DNA of 64,000 nucleotides. Origin: an uncultured Chloroflexia bacterium. Its GTDB lineage: Bacteria > Chloroflexota > Limnocylindria > Limnocylindrales > CSP1-4. The notes beneath the pieces are model-generated. The model did no database searches, was not told where the DNA came from, and saw nothing but the letters and a program-made list of their open reading frames with translations. Positions 8,607 to 17,107 of this stretch are shown piece after piece. The stretch lies in NCBI GenBank assembly GCA_963778815.1, contig CAVZVS010000003.1, forward strand, positions 72,895-136,894, written 5' to 3'. Position 1 is the first letter of the stretch. Each line of letters starts with the position of its first letter. Both the position numbers and the translations under genes were made by a program.

Positions 8607-11087
8607 ATGAAGTCAGATCTGGTCATCGTCGAGTCGCCGGCCAAGGCCAAGACGATCGAGCGCTACCTTGGCCCCGGCTACACCGTCCTCGCCTCCTACG
8701 GCCACGTCCGCGACCTGCCCGAGAACCCCGGTAAGGGTCAGCTCGGCGTCGATGTCGAGCACGACTTCGCGCCGACCTACGAGATCTCGCCGGACCGCCA
8801 CCGCCAGCTAGCCGCCATCGAGAAAGCCGCTCGCGGGGCCAAGATCGTGTACCTCGCCACCGACCTCGACCGGGAAGGTGAGGCGATCGCCTGGCACGTG
8901 GCCGAGGCGATCCACCTGGCCCCGGAGCGCACCGCCCGGGTGACCTTCAGCGAGATCACCGAGCCGGCCATCCGTGAGGCCTTTGCCCACCCGCGCAAGA
9001 TCGACCAGGATCTGGTCGACGCTCAGCAGACCCGCCGGATCGTCGACCGGATGGTCGGCTACACCCTCAGTCCGCTCATCTCGCGCAAGGTCCGGGCCGG
9101 TCTGTCGGCCGGTCGGGTCCAGTCGGTGGCCGTCCGTCTGGTGGTCGATCGCGAGCGCGAGATCAGGGCCTTCAGCGCGGTCGAGTACTGGACCGTCGAG
9201 GCCATCCTCGTCGCACCGGACGGCAGCCTGTTCAGTGCCGACCTCGTCCGGATCGACGGCCAGAAGCCGGTGGTCGGGGACGCCGAGACCGCCGAACGCC
9301 ACGTCGCCGGCCTGCGCGCCGCTCAGCCGGTCGTCGAGACCATCACGGTCAAGCGCTCGAAACGGAGTCCGGCCCCGCCGTTCACCACCTCGACACTCCA
9401 GCAGGAAGCCAGCCGCAAGCTCGGTTTCAGCCCCAAGCGGACGATGTCGGTCGCCCAGCGCCTGTACGAAGGCGTCGAGACGCCCGACGGCCAGATGGGC
9501 CTGATCACCTACATGCGGACCGACTCGGTGGCGTTGTCGGGCCAGGCCCTCGGCGAGGCTCGCGAGGTCATCGGCGATCGCTACGGGATCGACTACACGA
9601 TGCCCAAGGGCCGTCCGTTCAAGACCAAGACCCGCAACGCCCAGGAGGCCCACGAAGCCATCCGGCCGACCTCGTTCCGACGCGACCCGGAGGCCCTCGA
9701 GCCGGTCCTCGGCCGCGACGAGGCCCGGCTATACCGGCTCATCTGGCAGCGTGCCCTGGCCAGCCAGATGAAGGAGAAGGAGCTCGAGACGACCGCGGCC
9801 GAGCTGTCGGCCGGCGTCTACGACCTTCGGGCGAGCGCGACCAAGACCGTGTTCGACGGCTTCAGCCGGGTCTACACCGAGGGTCAGGACGATTCCGCCG
9901 AGGAGGCCGAGCGGGCCCTGCCGAAGCTGGCCAAGGGCGACATCACGGACGTGTCCGAGGTCGTGCCGACCCAGCACTTCACCGAGCCACCGCCGCGCTT
10001 CACCGAGGCGACCCTGATCAAGGCCCTCGAGGAGCACGGCATCGGCCGGCCGTCGACCTACGCCGCGACCATCTCGACCATCGTCGATCGCGGCTATGTC
10101 ACGGTCGTCGAGCGGCGCCTCCACCCCGAGCCCATCGGCGAGGTCGTGACCGACCTCCTGGTCGAGCACTTCGGCAAGTACGTCGACCTGACCTTCACCG
10201 CCGGGATGGAGGAGGAGCTCGACGAGATCGCCCGTGGCGAGCGGGCGTGGGTGCCTCTCCTGCGCGAGTTCTACGGCCCGCTCAAGAAGCTGGTCGACGA
10301 GAAGCGGGCAGAGCTCCGGCGCAAGGACTTCACGACCGAACCCTCGGACGAGGTCTGTTCCGAAGGCCACCCGATGGTCATCCGGCTGGGCCGCAATGGA
10401 CGGTTCCTGGCCTGCTCGCTCTATCCCGAACACAAGGAGTCGCGCCCGCTGCCCGGCGAAGAGGAAGAGACTCCCGTCCTGCCCGGGATCGGCGAGACCT
10501 GCCCGAAGTGTGGCGCCGCCGATGGCGGCACGCTGGTGGCCAAGCGTGGCCGGTTCGGGCCATTCGTGGGCTGCTCGCGCTACCCGGACTGCGACTACAT
10601 CAAGAAGGATGGACCGCCTCCGCCGGACCCCCTCCCGTTCGAGGTGATCTGCCCGCGCTGCACGGAGGGACGCCTCACCCCGCGCCGGGCACGCAAGAGC
10701 GGATCCGTGTTCTGGGGCTGTTCACGCTACCCCAAGTGCGACTTCACGACGTCACATGAGCCGCTCGGCGCGACTCATGATCTGGATGACGGTCCGGTCG
10801 CTCGGAAGGGCGAAGATGCGGCGATGTGCCTGAAGTGCGGTGCCACGATGGATGCGGCGCCCGATGCGATCGTGCCCGGTGCAGCGCTCGCGGGCGGGCC
10901 GCCCGATCCAGCCGCCCTTGCTCGACCCAAGCGCGGCGGAGCACGAAGCGGGGCGGCTCGCGGGGCCGCCCGCCCGGCGCCACGAGCGGGAGTACGGGCT
11001 GGGTCGCGGACACGCCCGGGACGAGCCCCCGGCAGCCGCTCCAGCGCAGCCCGCAACGACGAGACCGAGAGCGCGCCCGGGGCGTGA
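8607..11087 (+). CDS. topA: DNA topoisomerase I
   Basis: LVIVESPAKAKTI, ATDLDREGEAI, SAGRVQS, ITYMRTD, GIGRPSTY, Zn-ribbon repeats and an Arg-rich tail. Confidence 0.97.
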   Translation: MKSDLVIVESPAKAKTIERYLGPGYTVLASYGHVRDLPENPGKGQLGVDVEHDFAPTYEISPDRHRQLAAIEKAARGAKIVYLATDLDREGEAIAWHVAEAIHLAPERTARVTFSEITEPAIREAFAHPRKIDQDLVDAQQTRRIVDRMVGYTLSPLISRKVRAGLSAGRVQSVAVRLVVDREREIRAFSAVEYWTVEAILVAPDGSLFSADLVRIDGQKPVVGDAETAERHVAGLRAAQPVVETITVKRSKRSPAPPFTTSTLQQEASRKLGFSPKRTMSVAQRLYEGVETPDGQMGLITYMRTDSVALSGQALGEAREVIGDRYGIDYTMPKGRPFKTKTRNAQEAHEAIRPTSFRRDPEALEPVLGRDEARLYRLIWQRALASQMKEKELETTAAELSAGVYDLRASATKTVFDGFSRVYTEGQDDSAEEAERALPKLAKGDITDVSEVVPTQHFTEPPPRFTEATLIKALEEHGIGRPSTYAATISTIVDRGYVTVVERRLHPEPIGEVVTDLLVEHFGKYVDLTFTAGMEEELDEIARGERAWVPLLREFYGPLKKLVDEKRAELRRKDFTTEPSDEVCSEGHPMVIRLGRNGRFLACSLYPEHKESRPLPGEEEETPVLPGIGETCPKCGAADGGTLVAKRGRFGPFVGCSRYPDCDYIKKDGPPPPDPLPFEVICPRCTEGRLTPRRARKSGSVFWGCSRYPKCDFTTSHEPLGATHDLDDGPVARKGEDAAMCLKCGATMDAAPDAIVPGAALAGGPPDPAALARPKRGGARSGAARGAARPAPRAGVRAGSRTRPGRAPGSRSSAARNDETESAPGA

Positions 11088-12064
11088 CCGGCGCCGACGC
11101 CCTCGAGCGGTTCCTGGCCGGGCTCGCCGCCCGTGACGCTTCCGACCACACGACCCGTTCGTACACCGCCTCGGTCGGCACCTATCTGGCCTGGCTCGAT
11201 TCGCGCTCGCTCGACTGGCAGCGGCCGGGCCGGAACGATCTGCGGGCCTATCTCGAGGTCCTGTCGACCGGGCGGTCCCGGACCTCGGTCGCGCAACGCC
11301 TCGCCGCGATCCGCTCGTTCTATCGATTCGCCGCCCGACACGAGTTGTGCGCGGGTGATCCGTGGGGAGCGATCTCGACCCCGCGCCAGCCCAAGCGCCT
11401 GCCCCAGGTCCTCGAGGCGCGCGAGGTCGAGCGGCTCCTCGAGACGATCGACGAGGAGGCTGCCCAGGCCGCTGCCGGGACGAGCCGAGCGCCGGTCCTG
11501 ACCAGCGCCCTGGTCCTGCGCGACCGGGCCCTGGTCGAGACCGCCTACGCCGCCGGACTCCGGATCAGCGAGCTGGCCTCGGCCAGGCTCGGTTCGGTCG
11601 ACCTCCGACGGGGCGAGATCCGGGTCGTCGGCAAGGGCCGCAAGGAGCGGATCGGCCTGCTCGGGCGGCCGGCTCGGGCGGCCATCGCCGAGTACCTCGA
11701 GACCGGTCGCCCGATCCTGCTCGCGCGCCGGACGGCGACGACGGGCAACTCGGCTGGCGAGCCGCCGCCCGAGGTCTTCCTGAATCAGCGCGGCGCGCCC
11801 CTCGGCGTCCGTGGGCTGCGCTTCCGGCTCGACCGACTCCGCCAGCGCGCCGGATTGCCGCTCGGGGTCTCGCCGCACACCCTCCGCCACAGCTTCGCCA
11901 CCCACCTTCTGGACGGTGGGGCCGACCTGCGAGTGGTCCAGGAGCTGCTCGGCCACGAGAGCCTGGCCACGACCCAGATCTACACCCACGTGTCGGGGGC
12001 GCGGCTGCGCTCGGCCTACCTCGACGCTCACCCGCGAGCCCGCAGCGCCACTCGCTCGTCGTGA
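11084..12064 (+). CDS. xerC: Tyrosine recombinase XerC
   Basis: RDRAL.E..YAAGLRISEL, GKGRKER, SPHTLRHSFATHLL.GGADLR.VQELLGH, TTQIYTH. Follows topA. Confidence 0.88.
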   Translation: MTGADALERFLAGLAARDASDHTTRSYTASVGTYLAWLDSRSLDWQRPGRNDLRAYLEVLSTGRSRTSVAQRLAAIRSFYRFAARHELCAGDPWGAISTPRQPKRLPQVLEAREVERLLETIDEEAAQAAAGTSRAPVLTSALVLRDRALVETAYAAGLRISELASARLGSVDLRRGEIRVVGKGRKERIGLLGRPARAAIAEYLETGRPILLARRTATTGNSAGEPPPEVFLNQRGAPLGVRGLRFRLDRLRQRAGLPLGVSPHTLRHSFATHLLDGGADLRVVQELLGHESLATTQIYTHVSGARLRSAYLDAHPRARSATRSS

Positions 12065-13632
12065 CCAGCGGCCGTTCGCTTGCCCGCGCCGGGCTGATCG
12101 TCACCGGCGCGTTCCTCGTCGCGCGGGTCCTGGGCTGGGTCCGCCTGGTGGTCATCGCCGCGACCTTCAACGTGTCCGGGGAGCTCGACACGTTCTTCGC
12201 CGCCTTCCGGGTCCCGGACCTGATCTTCCAGCTGGTGGCGGCCGGCGCCCTGTCGTCGGCGCTCATCCCGGTCCTGTCGGGCTTGCTGGCGACCGGCGAG
12301 GAATCGCGGGCGTGGCGGGTCGCCTCGAGCGTGGCCAACGCGATGCTGGCAGTCCTGCTCGGGCTGGCTCTGGTCGTCCTCGTCGCGACGCCCCAGATCA
12401 TCGCCGTGGTCACCCCTGGCTTCGGTCCGGCCCAGCAGGCCCAGACGGTCGACCTGACCCGGATCATGCTGGCCAGCCCGATCCTCCTGGCGATGGGTGC
12501 CCTGGCCACGGCCCTGCTCAACTCCAAAGGGCGATTCGCCGCCGCCGCCAGCGCACCGATCGTGTACAACCTGGCCATCATCGGCGGGGCGATCCTCCTG
12601 GCCCCGACCTATGGCGTCGTGGGGCTGGCCCTCGGCGTCGTCGCCGGGTCGCTCTGCCATCTCGGGATCCAGGCGCTGCCGTTGCGCCGGATCGGCTTTC
12701 GCTGGACCCCCCGGATCGACCTGGCTGACCCATCGGCGCGTCAGGCGCTCCTGCTGATGGTCCCGCGGGCGATCGGTCTGGGTGCCAGCCAGCTGACCTT
12801 CCTCGTCGTGACCTCGCTGGCGACGACGATCGGGGTCGGGGCGGTCAGCGCGTTCTCGTTCGGGTTCTCGGTCTTCCAGATCCCGATCGGGGTCATCGGC
12901 ATCCCCATCGGGGTGGTCATGCTGCCGTCGCTCGCCCGGGAGCTCGCCCTCGGTGAGACGGCTCGCTACGTCAGCCTGGTGAGCCGGGCGCTGCGCCTCA
13001 TCCTGTGGGTGATGCTGCCCCTGGCCGGCTTGACCATCGTCCTGCGGACGGAGATCGTGACCCTCCTGTTCGGCTACGGCCGGTTCGACGCCCGGGGGGT
13101 CGAGATGACGGCTGCCGTGCTGATGTTCATGTCCCTCGCCCTGGCCTCCGAGTCGCTCATCGCGATCCTGGCCCGGGCCTTCTATGCCAACCTGGACACG
13201 CTGACCCCGGTCCTCGCGGCGGTCCTGGCCGTCGCGGTCAACGTGACCCTGGCGATCCTGTTCGTGGGTTCCTGGGGACTGGCCGGGATCGGCTTGGCCA
13301 TCGCCGTCGGATCGTGGGCGGAGGTCGTCGTCCTGATGGTCGTGCTCCGGCGCCGGATCGGGGGCTTCGACATCCCCGACCTGGTCCGCCTGGGCGGTCT
13401 GGCCCTGGGCTGCGCCCTGATCGCGACCGCGCTGGCAAAGGCCGCGCTGGCCGGCGCCGAACAGGTCGTCGGGATCGATCCCCCCCGAGCGGTCCTGCTC
13501 CTCGAGCTCGGTTTCGTGACCGGGTTGGCTGGCCTCGCCTACCTCGGGCTGAGCCGAGCGTTGCGGATCCCCGAGCTCGGCACTATCGTGCGGCTCATGT
13601 CCGACGCCGTCCGCCGTCCGGCGCAGCCGTGA
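12061..13632 (+). CDS. murJ: Lipid II flippase MurJ/MviN
   Basis: RVLGWVR, DTFFAAFRVPD, GALSSALIPV, FQIPIGVIG, ARAFYA, many TM segments. Confidence 0.92.
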   Translation: MTSGRSLARAGLIVTGAFLVARVLGWVRLVVIAATFNVSGELDTFFAAFRVPDLIFQLVAAGALSSALIPVLSGLLATGEESRAWRVASSVANAMLAVLLGLALVVLVATPQIIAVVTPGFGPAQQAQTVDLTRIMLASPILLAMGALATALLNSKGRFAAAASAPIVYNLAIIGGAILLAPTYGVVGLALGVVAGSLCHLGIQALPLRRIGFRWTPRIDLADPSARQALLLMVPRAIGLGASQLTFLVVTSLATTIGVGAVSAFSFGFSVFQIPIGVIGIPIGVVMLPSLARELALGETARYVSLVSRALRLILWVMLPLAGLTIVLRTEIVTLLFGYGRFDARGVEMTAAVLMFMSLALASESLIAILARAFYANLDTLTPVLAAVLAVAVNVTLAILFVGSWGLAGIGLAIAVGSWAEVVVLMVVLRRRIGGFDIPDLVRLGGLALGCALIATALAKAALAGAEQVVGIDPPRAVLLLELGFVTGLAGLAYLGLSRALRIPELGTIVRLMSDAVRRPAQP

Positions 13633-14723
13633 CCGACGGAGCCGCCGCCGACCAGCGGGCGGATGCCTGGGACGCGTTCGTGGCCGGTCATCCCCTGGCG
13701 ACGTATCTGCAGACCTCGGGCTGGGCCAAGGTCAAGGCGCCCAACGGCTGGACCGAGCGGCTGGTCGAGGTCCCCCTGGCTGACGGCGGACGGATCGGGG
13801 CACGAGTCCTCCTGCACCGTCCGCGGGCGGTTCCCTGGACCTTCGCCTATGCGCCGCGCGGCCCCCTCGCCACCGATTGGACCGAGGCGACCCTGGCGGC
13901 CTGGGGTGACGCGCTTCCGGGCGCGCTCAGGGCGGCGGGTGGCCTCGGTCGGCGGGTGGCCCATGTCCGGATCGATCCCGAGATCGAGCTGGGCGGTCCG
14001 CTCGACTTCGACGGGGCCGCTCGAACGACGCTCATCCGACTCGGCTGGCAGCCCGCCCCGGAGGTCCAGCCGAGCGTGACCCGGATCGTCGACCTGACCG
14101 CCCCGGAGGACGTCATCTGGGGCGATCTCCGCTCCAAGTGGCGTCAGTACGTCAACCGGGCCCGGACCGCCGGGGTGAGCGTGGTCGACGTCGACGCCGA
14201 TGCGGACCCGACAGCCTTCCCGACCTTCCATCGGATCATGGCCGAGACGTCCCGGCGGACCGCCACCCCGATCCGTACCGAAGCTTCTTACCGCGACATC
14301 TGGGACGCGTTCCGACCCGGCGGGGGAGCCCGGCTTCTGTTCGCCCGAGACGATCCGGGCGAGGTCCAGGCCGTGCTTCTCCTCGTTCGCTGCGGGAGCC
14401 GCGTCGTCGAGCCCTACGGCGGGATGACCGCGGCCGGGGCCGATCGCCGGGCGAACTACCTGCTCAAGTGGGAAGCGATCCGGACGAGCCGCGAAGCGGG
14501 CGCGACGTCGTACGACATGTGGGGCCTGGTCCATCCCGGCATCCGCCAATTCAAGGAGGGCTTCGGCGGTCGTGAGGTGCGCCTGATCGGCGCCTGGGAC
14601 CTGCCTCTCAGCGGCCTCGGCTGGAGCGCCTACCGGCTGGCCGAACGACGACGTCGGGCCCCCCGGGCGGTCACCGCCACGACCGCCGACCCGACCGCCA
14701 TGCCGGCCAAGGCCTCGCGATGA
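13629..14723 (+). CDS. FemABX-family peptidoglycan interpeptide bridge transferase
   Basis: YLQTSGWAKVK, YAPRGP, IDPE, KWRQYVNRA, NYLLKWEAI, YDMWG, FKEGFGG. Confidence 0.85.
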   Translation: MTDGAAADQRADAWDAFVAGHPLATYLQTSGWAKVKAPNGWTERLVEVPLADGGRIGARVLLHRPRAVPWTFAYAPRGPLATDWTEATLAAWGDALPGALRAAGGLGRRVAHVRIDPEIELGGPLDFDGAARTTLIRLGWQPAPEVQPSVTRIVDLTAPEDVIWGDLRSKWRQYVNRARTAGVSVVDVDADADPTAFPTFHRIMAETSRRTATPIRTEASYRDIWDAFRPGGGARLLFARDDPGEVQAVLLLVRCGSRVVEPYGGMTAAGADRRANYLLKWEAIRTSREAGATSYDMWGLVHPGIRQFKEGFGGREVRLIGAWDLPLSGLGWSAYRLAERRRRAPRAVTATTADPTAMPAKASR

Positions 14724-16363
14724 CCATCCGGTCGACCGATGACGAGGCCGGGCTGGTGAGTGCGCTGACGGCGATCGAACCCGGTCAGCCAAGGCCGCTC
14801 GGCGAGTTGATCGCCCGCCTCGGCGCCGAGCGGAACCTCGCCTCGATCGTGGGGCTGGGCGGGTCCACGGACGTGGGCACGATCGCCGCGACCGCACTGA
14901 CCGGCATCGCCGACGACTCCCGGACCACTGATCCGGGCGATCTGTTCGTGGCGGTCCAGGGCGGTCATGTCGACGGTCACGATCACGTGCTCGGCGCATT
15001 CGCAGGCGGAGCCGCCGCAGCACTGGTGGAACATCCGGTCCCCGGCGCCGACGGTGTCCAGGTGGTCGTCGAGCGGACCGCCACGGCGCTCGCGTCGGCT
15101 GCAGCCTGGTGGTACGGCGATCCGAGTCGGGAGCTCGCCGTGGTCGGCGTCACCGGGACCGACGGCAAGACGACGACGTCGTTCCTGGTCGCCGCGGGAC
15201 TCGAAGCCGCGGGCCTGCCGACCGGCCTGGTCGGAACGGTCGAGACACACGTCGGCCCGATCCACGTGAGGACCCCGGGCCACGTGACCACGCCCGGGGC
15301 CATCGCCCTCCAGCGCCTCCTGCGGGCGATGGTCGCCGGGGGCGATCGGGCGGCGGTGATCGAGACCACTTCGCACGGACTGGCCGCCGAGCGGGTCGGC
15401 TCGGTCGCCTACGACGCGGCGATCTTCACCAACCTGTCCCACGAGCACCTCGAATTCCACGGGACGTTCGGCGCGTACCGGGCGGCCAAGCTGAGCCTGT
15501 TCGAGCGTCTCGCCGGCGACGGTCGCGCCAAGACGGCTGCACGGCCGCGTCTGGGCATCGTCAACGCCGACGACCCGGCCGCCGACCGGTTCGCCGACGC
15601 GACCCTGGCCGCTGGAGCACGCCTCATCCGCTATGGGACCGGCCGTGATGTGGATGTGCGCGCGCGTTCTGTCCACGAACGGCCGGGTGGGTTGCGCATG
15701 GACGTCGTCAGCGAGACCTGGTCCGGCGGGGTGACCCTCCGACTGAGCGGTCGGTTCAACGTCCACAACGCCTTGGCAGCATTGGCCCTCGGCGTCGGCT
15801 GGGATCTCGACATGGACGGCGTCCGGGCGGGCCTGGAGGCGCTTGGCGGCGTCCCCGGCCGGATGGAACGGGTCGATCGGGGTCAGCCGTTCGAGGTCGT
15901 CGTCGACTTCGCCCACAGCCCGGCGGCGCTCGAGCGCGTCCTCGATGAGCTCGGTCCGGTCGCAGCGGCGTCCGGGGGCGGGCTCGTCGTCGTCTTCGGC
16001 TCGGCTGGCGAGCGCGACACGGCCAAGCGCTCGATGATGGGCCGGATCGCCGGCGAGCGCTGCCGGCTGGTCGTGGTCACCGACGAGGATCCGCGCGGCG
16101 AGGACCGCCTGCACATCCTGGACCAGATCGCCGCCGGGGCAGAGGCTGCCGGTCGAAGACGAGGCTCGGATCTGCTGGTCGTGCCGGACCGGTCCGAGGC
16201 GATCGCGACGGCAATGAACGCGGCGGTTCGGGGCGACATCGTGATCCTGGCCGGGAAGGGCCACGAGCCGACCATCGAAGGTCCCGACGGGACGGCCCCC
16301 TGGGATGAGCGGGCGACGGCCGAGGGGGCCCTGGCCAGGCTGGGGTTCGGGTCGGTCGACTGA
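14720..16363 (+). CDS. murE: UDP-MurNAc-tripeptide synthetase MurE
   Basis: DSR, GVTGTDGKTT, TTP, FTNLSHEHLEFH, GRFNVHN, VPGRME, VDFAHSP, EDPR, AGKGHE. Confidence 0.93.
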   Translation: MTIRSTDDEAGLVSALTAIEPGQPRPLGELIARLGAERNLASIVGLGGSTDVGTIAATALTGIADDSRTTDPGDLFVAVQGGHVDGHDHVLGAFAGGAAAALVEHPVPGADGVQVVVERTATALASAAAWWYGDPSRELAVVGVTGTDGKTTTSFLVAAGLEAAGLPTGLVGTVETHVGPIHVRTPGHVTTPGAIALQRLLRAMVAGGDRAAVIETTSHGLAAERVGSVAYDAAIFTNLSHEHLEFHGTFGAYRAAKLSLFERLAGDGRAKTAARPRLGIVNADDPAADRFADATLAAGARLIRYGTGRDVDVRARSVHERPGGLRMDVVSETWSGGVTLRLSGRFNVHNALAALALGVGWDLDMDGVRAGLEALGGVPGRMERVDRGQPFEVVVDFAHSPAALERVLDELGPVAAASGGGLVVVFGSAGERDTAKRSMMGRIAGERCRLVVVTDEDPRGEDRLHILDQIAAGAEAAGRRRGSDLLVVPDRSEAIATAMNAAVRGDIVILAGKGHEPTIEGPDGTAPWDERATAEGALARLGFGSVD

Positions 16364-16364
16364 C

Positions 16365-17075
16365 GTGCGCGGTTGCCTGGTCACGATCGTCGTGCTCGTG
16401 CTGGTCATGGGCACGGCCGCCTGGTTCCTCCTTCCGCCGCTGGCCGGGGTCGTCGCCGAGGGCGCCCTGGTCGCTGCCGGGTTCGACGCGGACACGTCGA
16501 CCGTCACGGTGGGTTCGGATCCGCCGCTCAGGCTCCTGACCCTGCGCGCCGACTCGCTCAGGATCCGCGCCACCAACGTCGCCTTTCGAGGCGTCGAGGC
16601 AGCCTCGGCCGACATCACCTTGGAGGACGTCGCGGTCCTCGACCGCTCGTTCAGGACCCTCAAGGGCTCGCTCAAGGGCGTCCGGTTCAAGCCCGAGCAC
16701 GGACCCGAGGTCGGCATCCCGCTCGTCGAGTTGAGCGGGACGCCGACCAGGATCAAGGCCACGGTGACGCTGCCGCCCGCGGACGCCGAGGCACTGGCCG
16801 TCGCGGCGGTCGAGAACGCGGTCGGGATCAGCCCTTCGTCGGTCCACTTCAGTGCCCCGGATCGTGTCCAGCTGACGGCGGGAGGGCTGGCCGTGAACGC
16901 GCGACTCGCGGTCGGCGCTGACGGGGCGCTCGTGCTCAAGGCGCCGTCGGGGAGCAACCTGGGCTCGATCGACATCATCTCGCCCAGCTCGGAGCTGCCC
17001 ATCCGGATCGCCTCGTTCGCCATCGTCGACGGCGGTCTCACCCTCGTGGCCACCCTCGACCCCGACCTCGGCTGA
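16365..17075 (+). CDS. Membrane-anchored hypothetical protein (DUF2993/LmeA-like)
   Basis: N-terminal TM followed by a beta-rich periodic domain. The family call is tentative. Confidence 0.55.
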   Translation: MRGCLVTIVVLVLVMGTAAWFLLPPLAGVVAEGALVAAGFDADTSTVTVGSDPPLRLLTLRADSLRIRATNVAFRGVEAASADITLEDVAVLDRSFRTLKGSLKGVRFKPEHGPEVGIPLVELSGTPTRIKATVTLPPADAEALAVAAVENAVGISPSSVHFSAPDRVQLTAGGLAVNARLAVGADGALVLKAPSGSNLGSIDIISPSSELPIRIASFAIVDGGLTLVATLDPDLG

Positions 17076-17107
17076 GGTCCGCGGACACGCTGCTATCCTT
17101 GGCTGCG

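Noticed and set aside
11084-12064. Tyrosine recombinases as mobile-element integrases (also 51649-52557)
   Set aside because: Motifs and contexts (topA-xerC; recN-xerD-scpAB) fit chromosomal XerC/XerD. Their shared DNA similarity is just the conserved catalytic motif.
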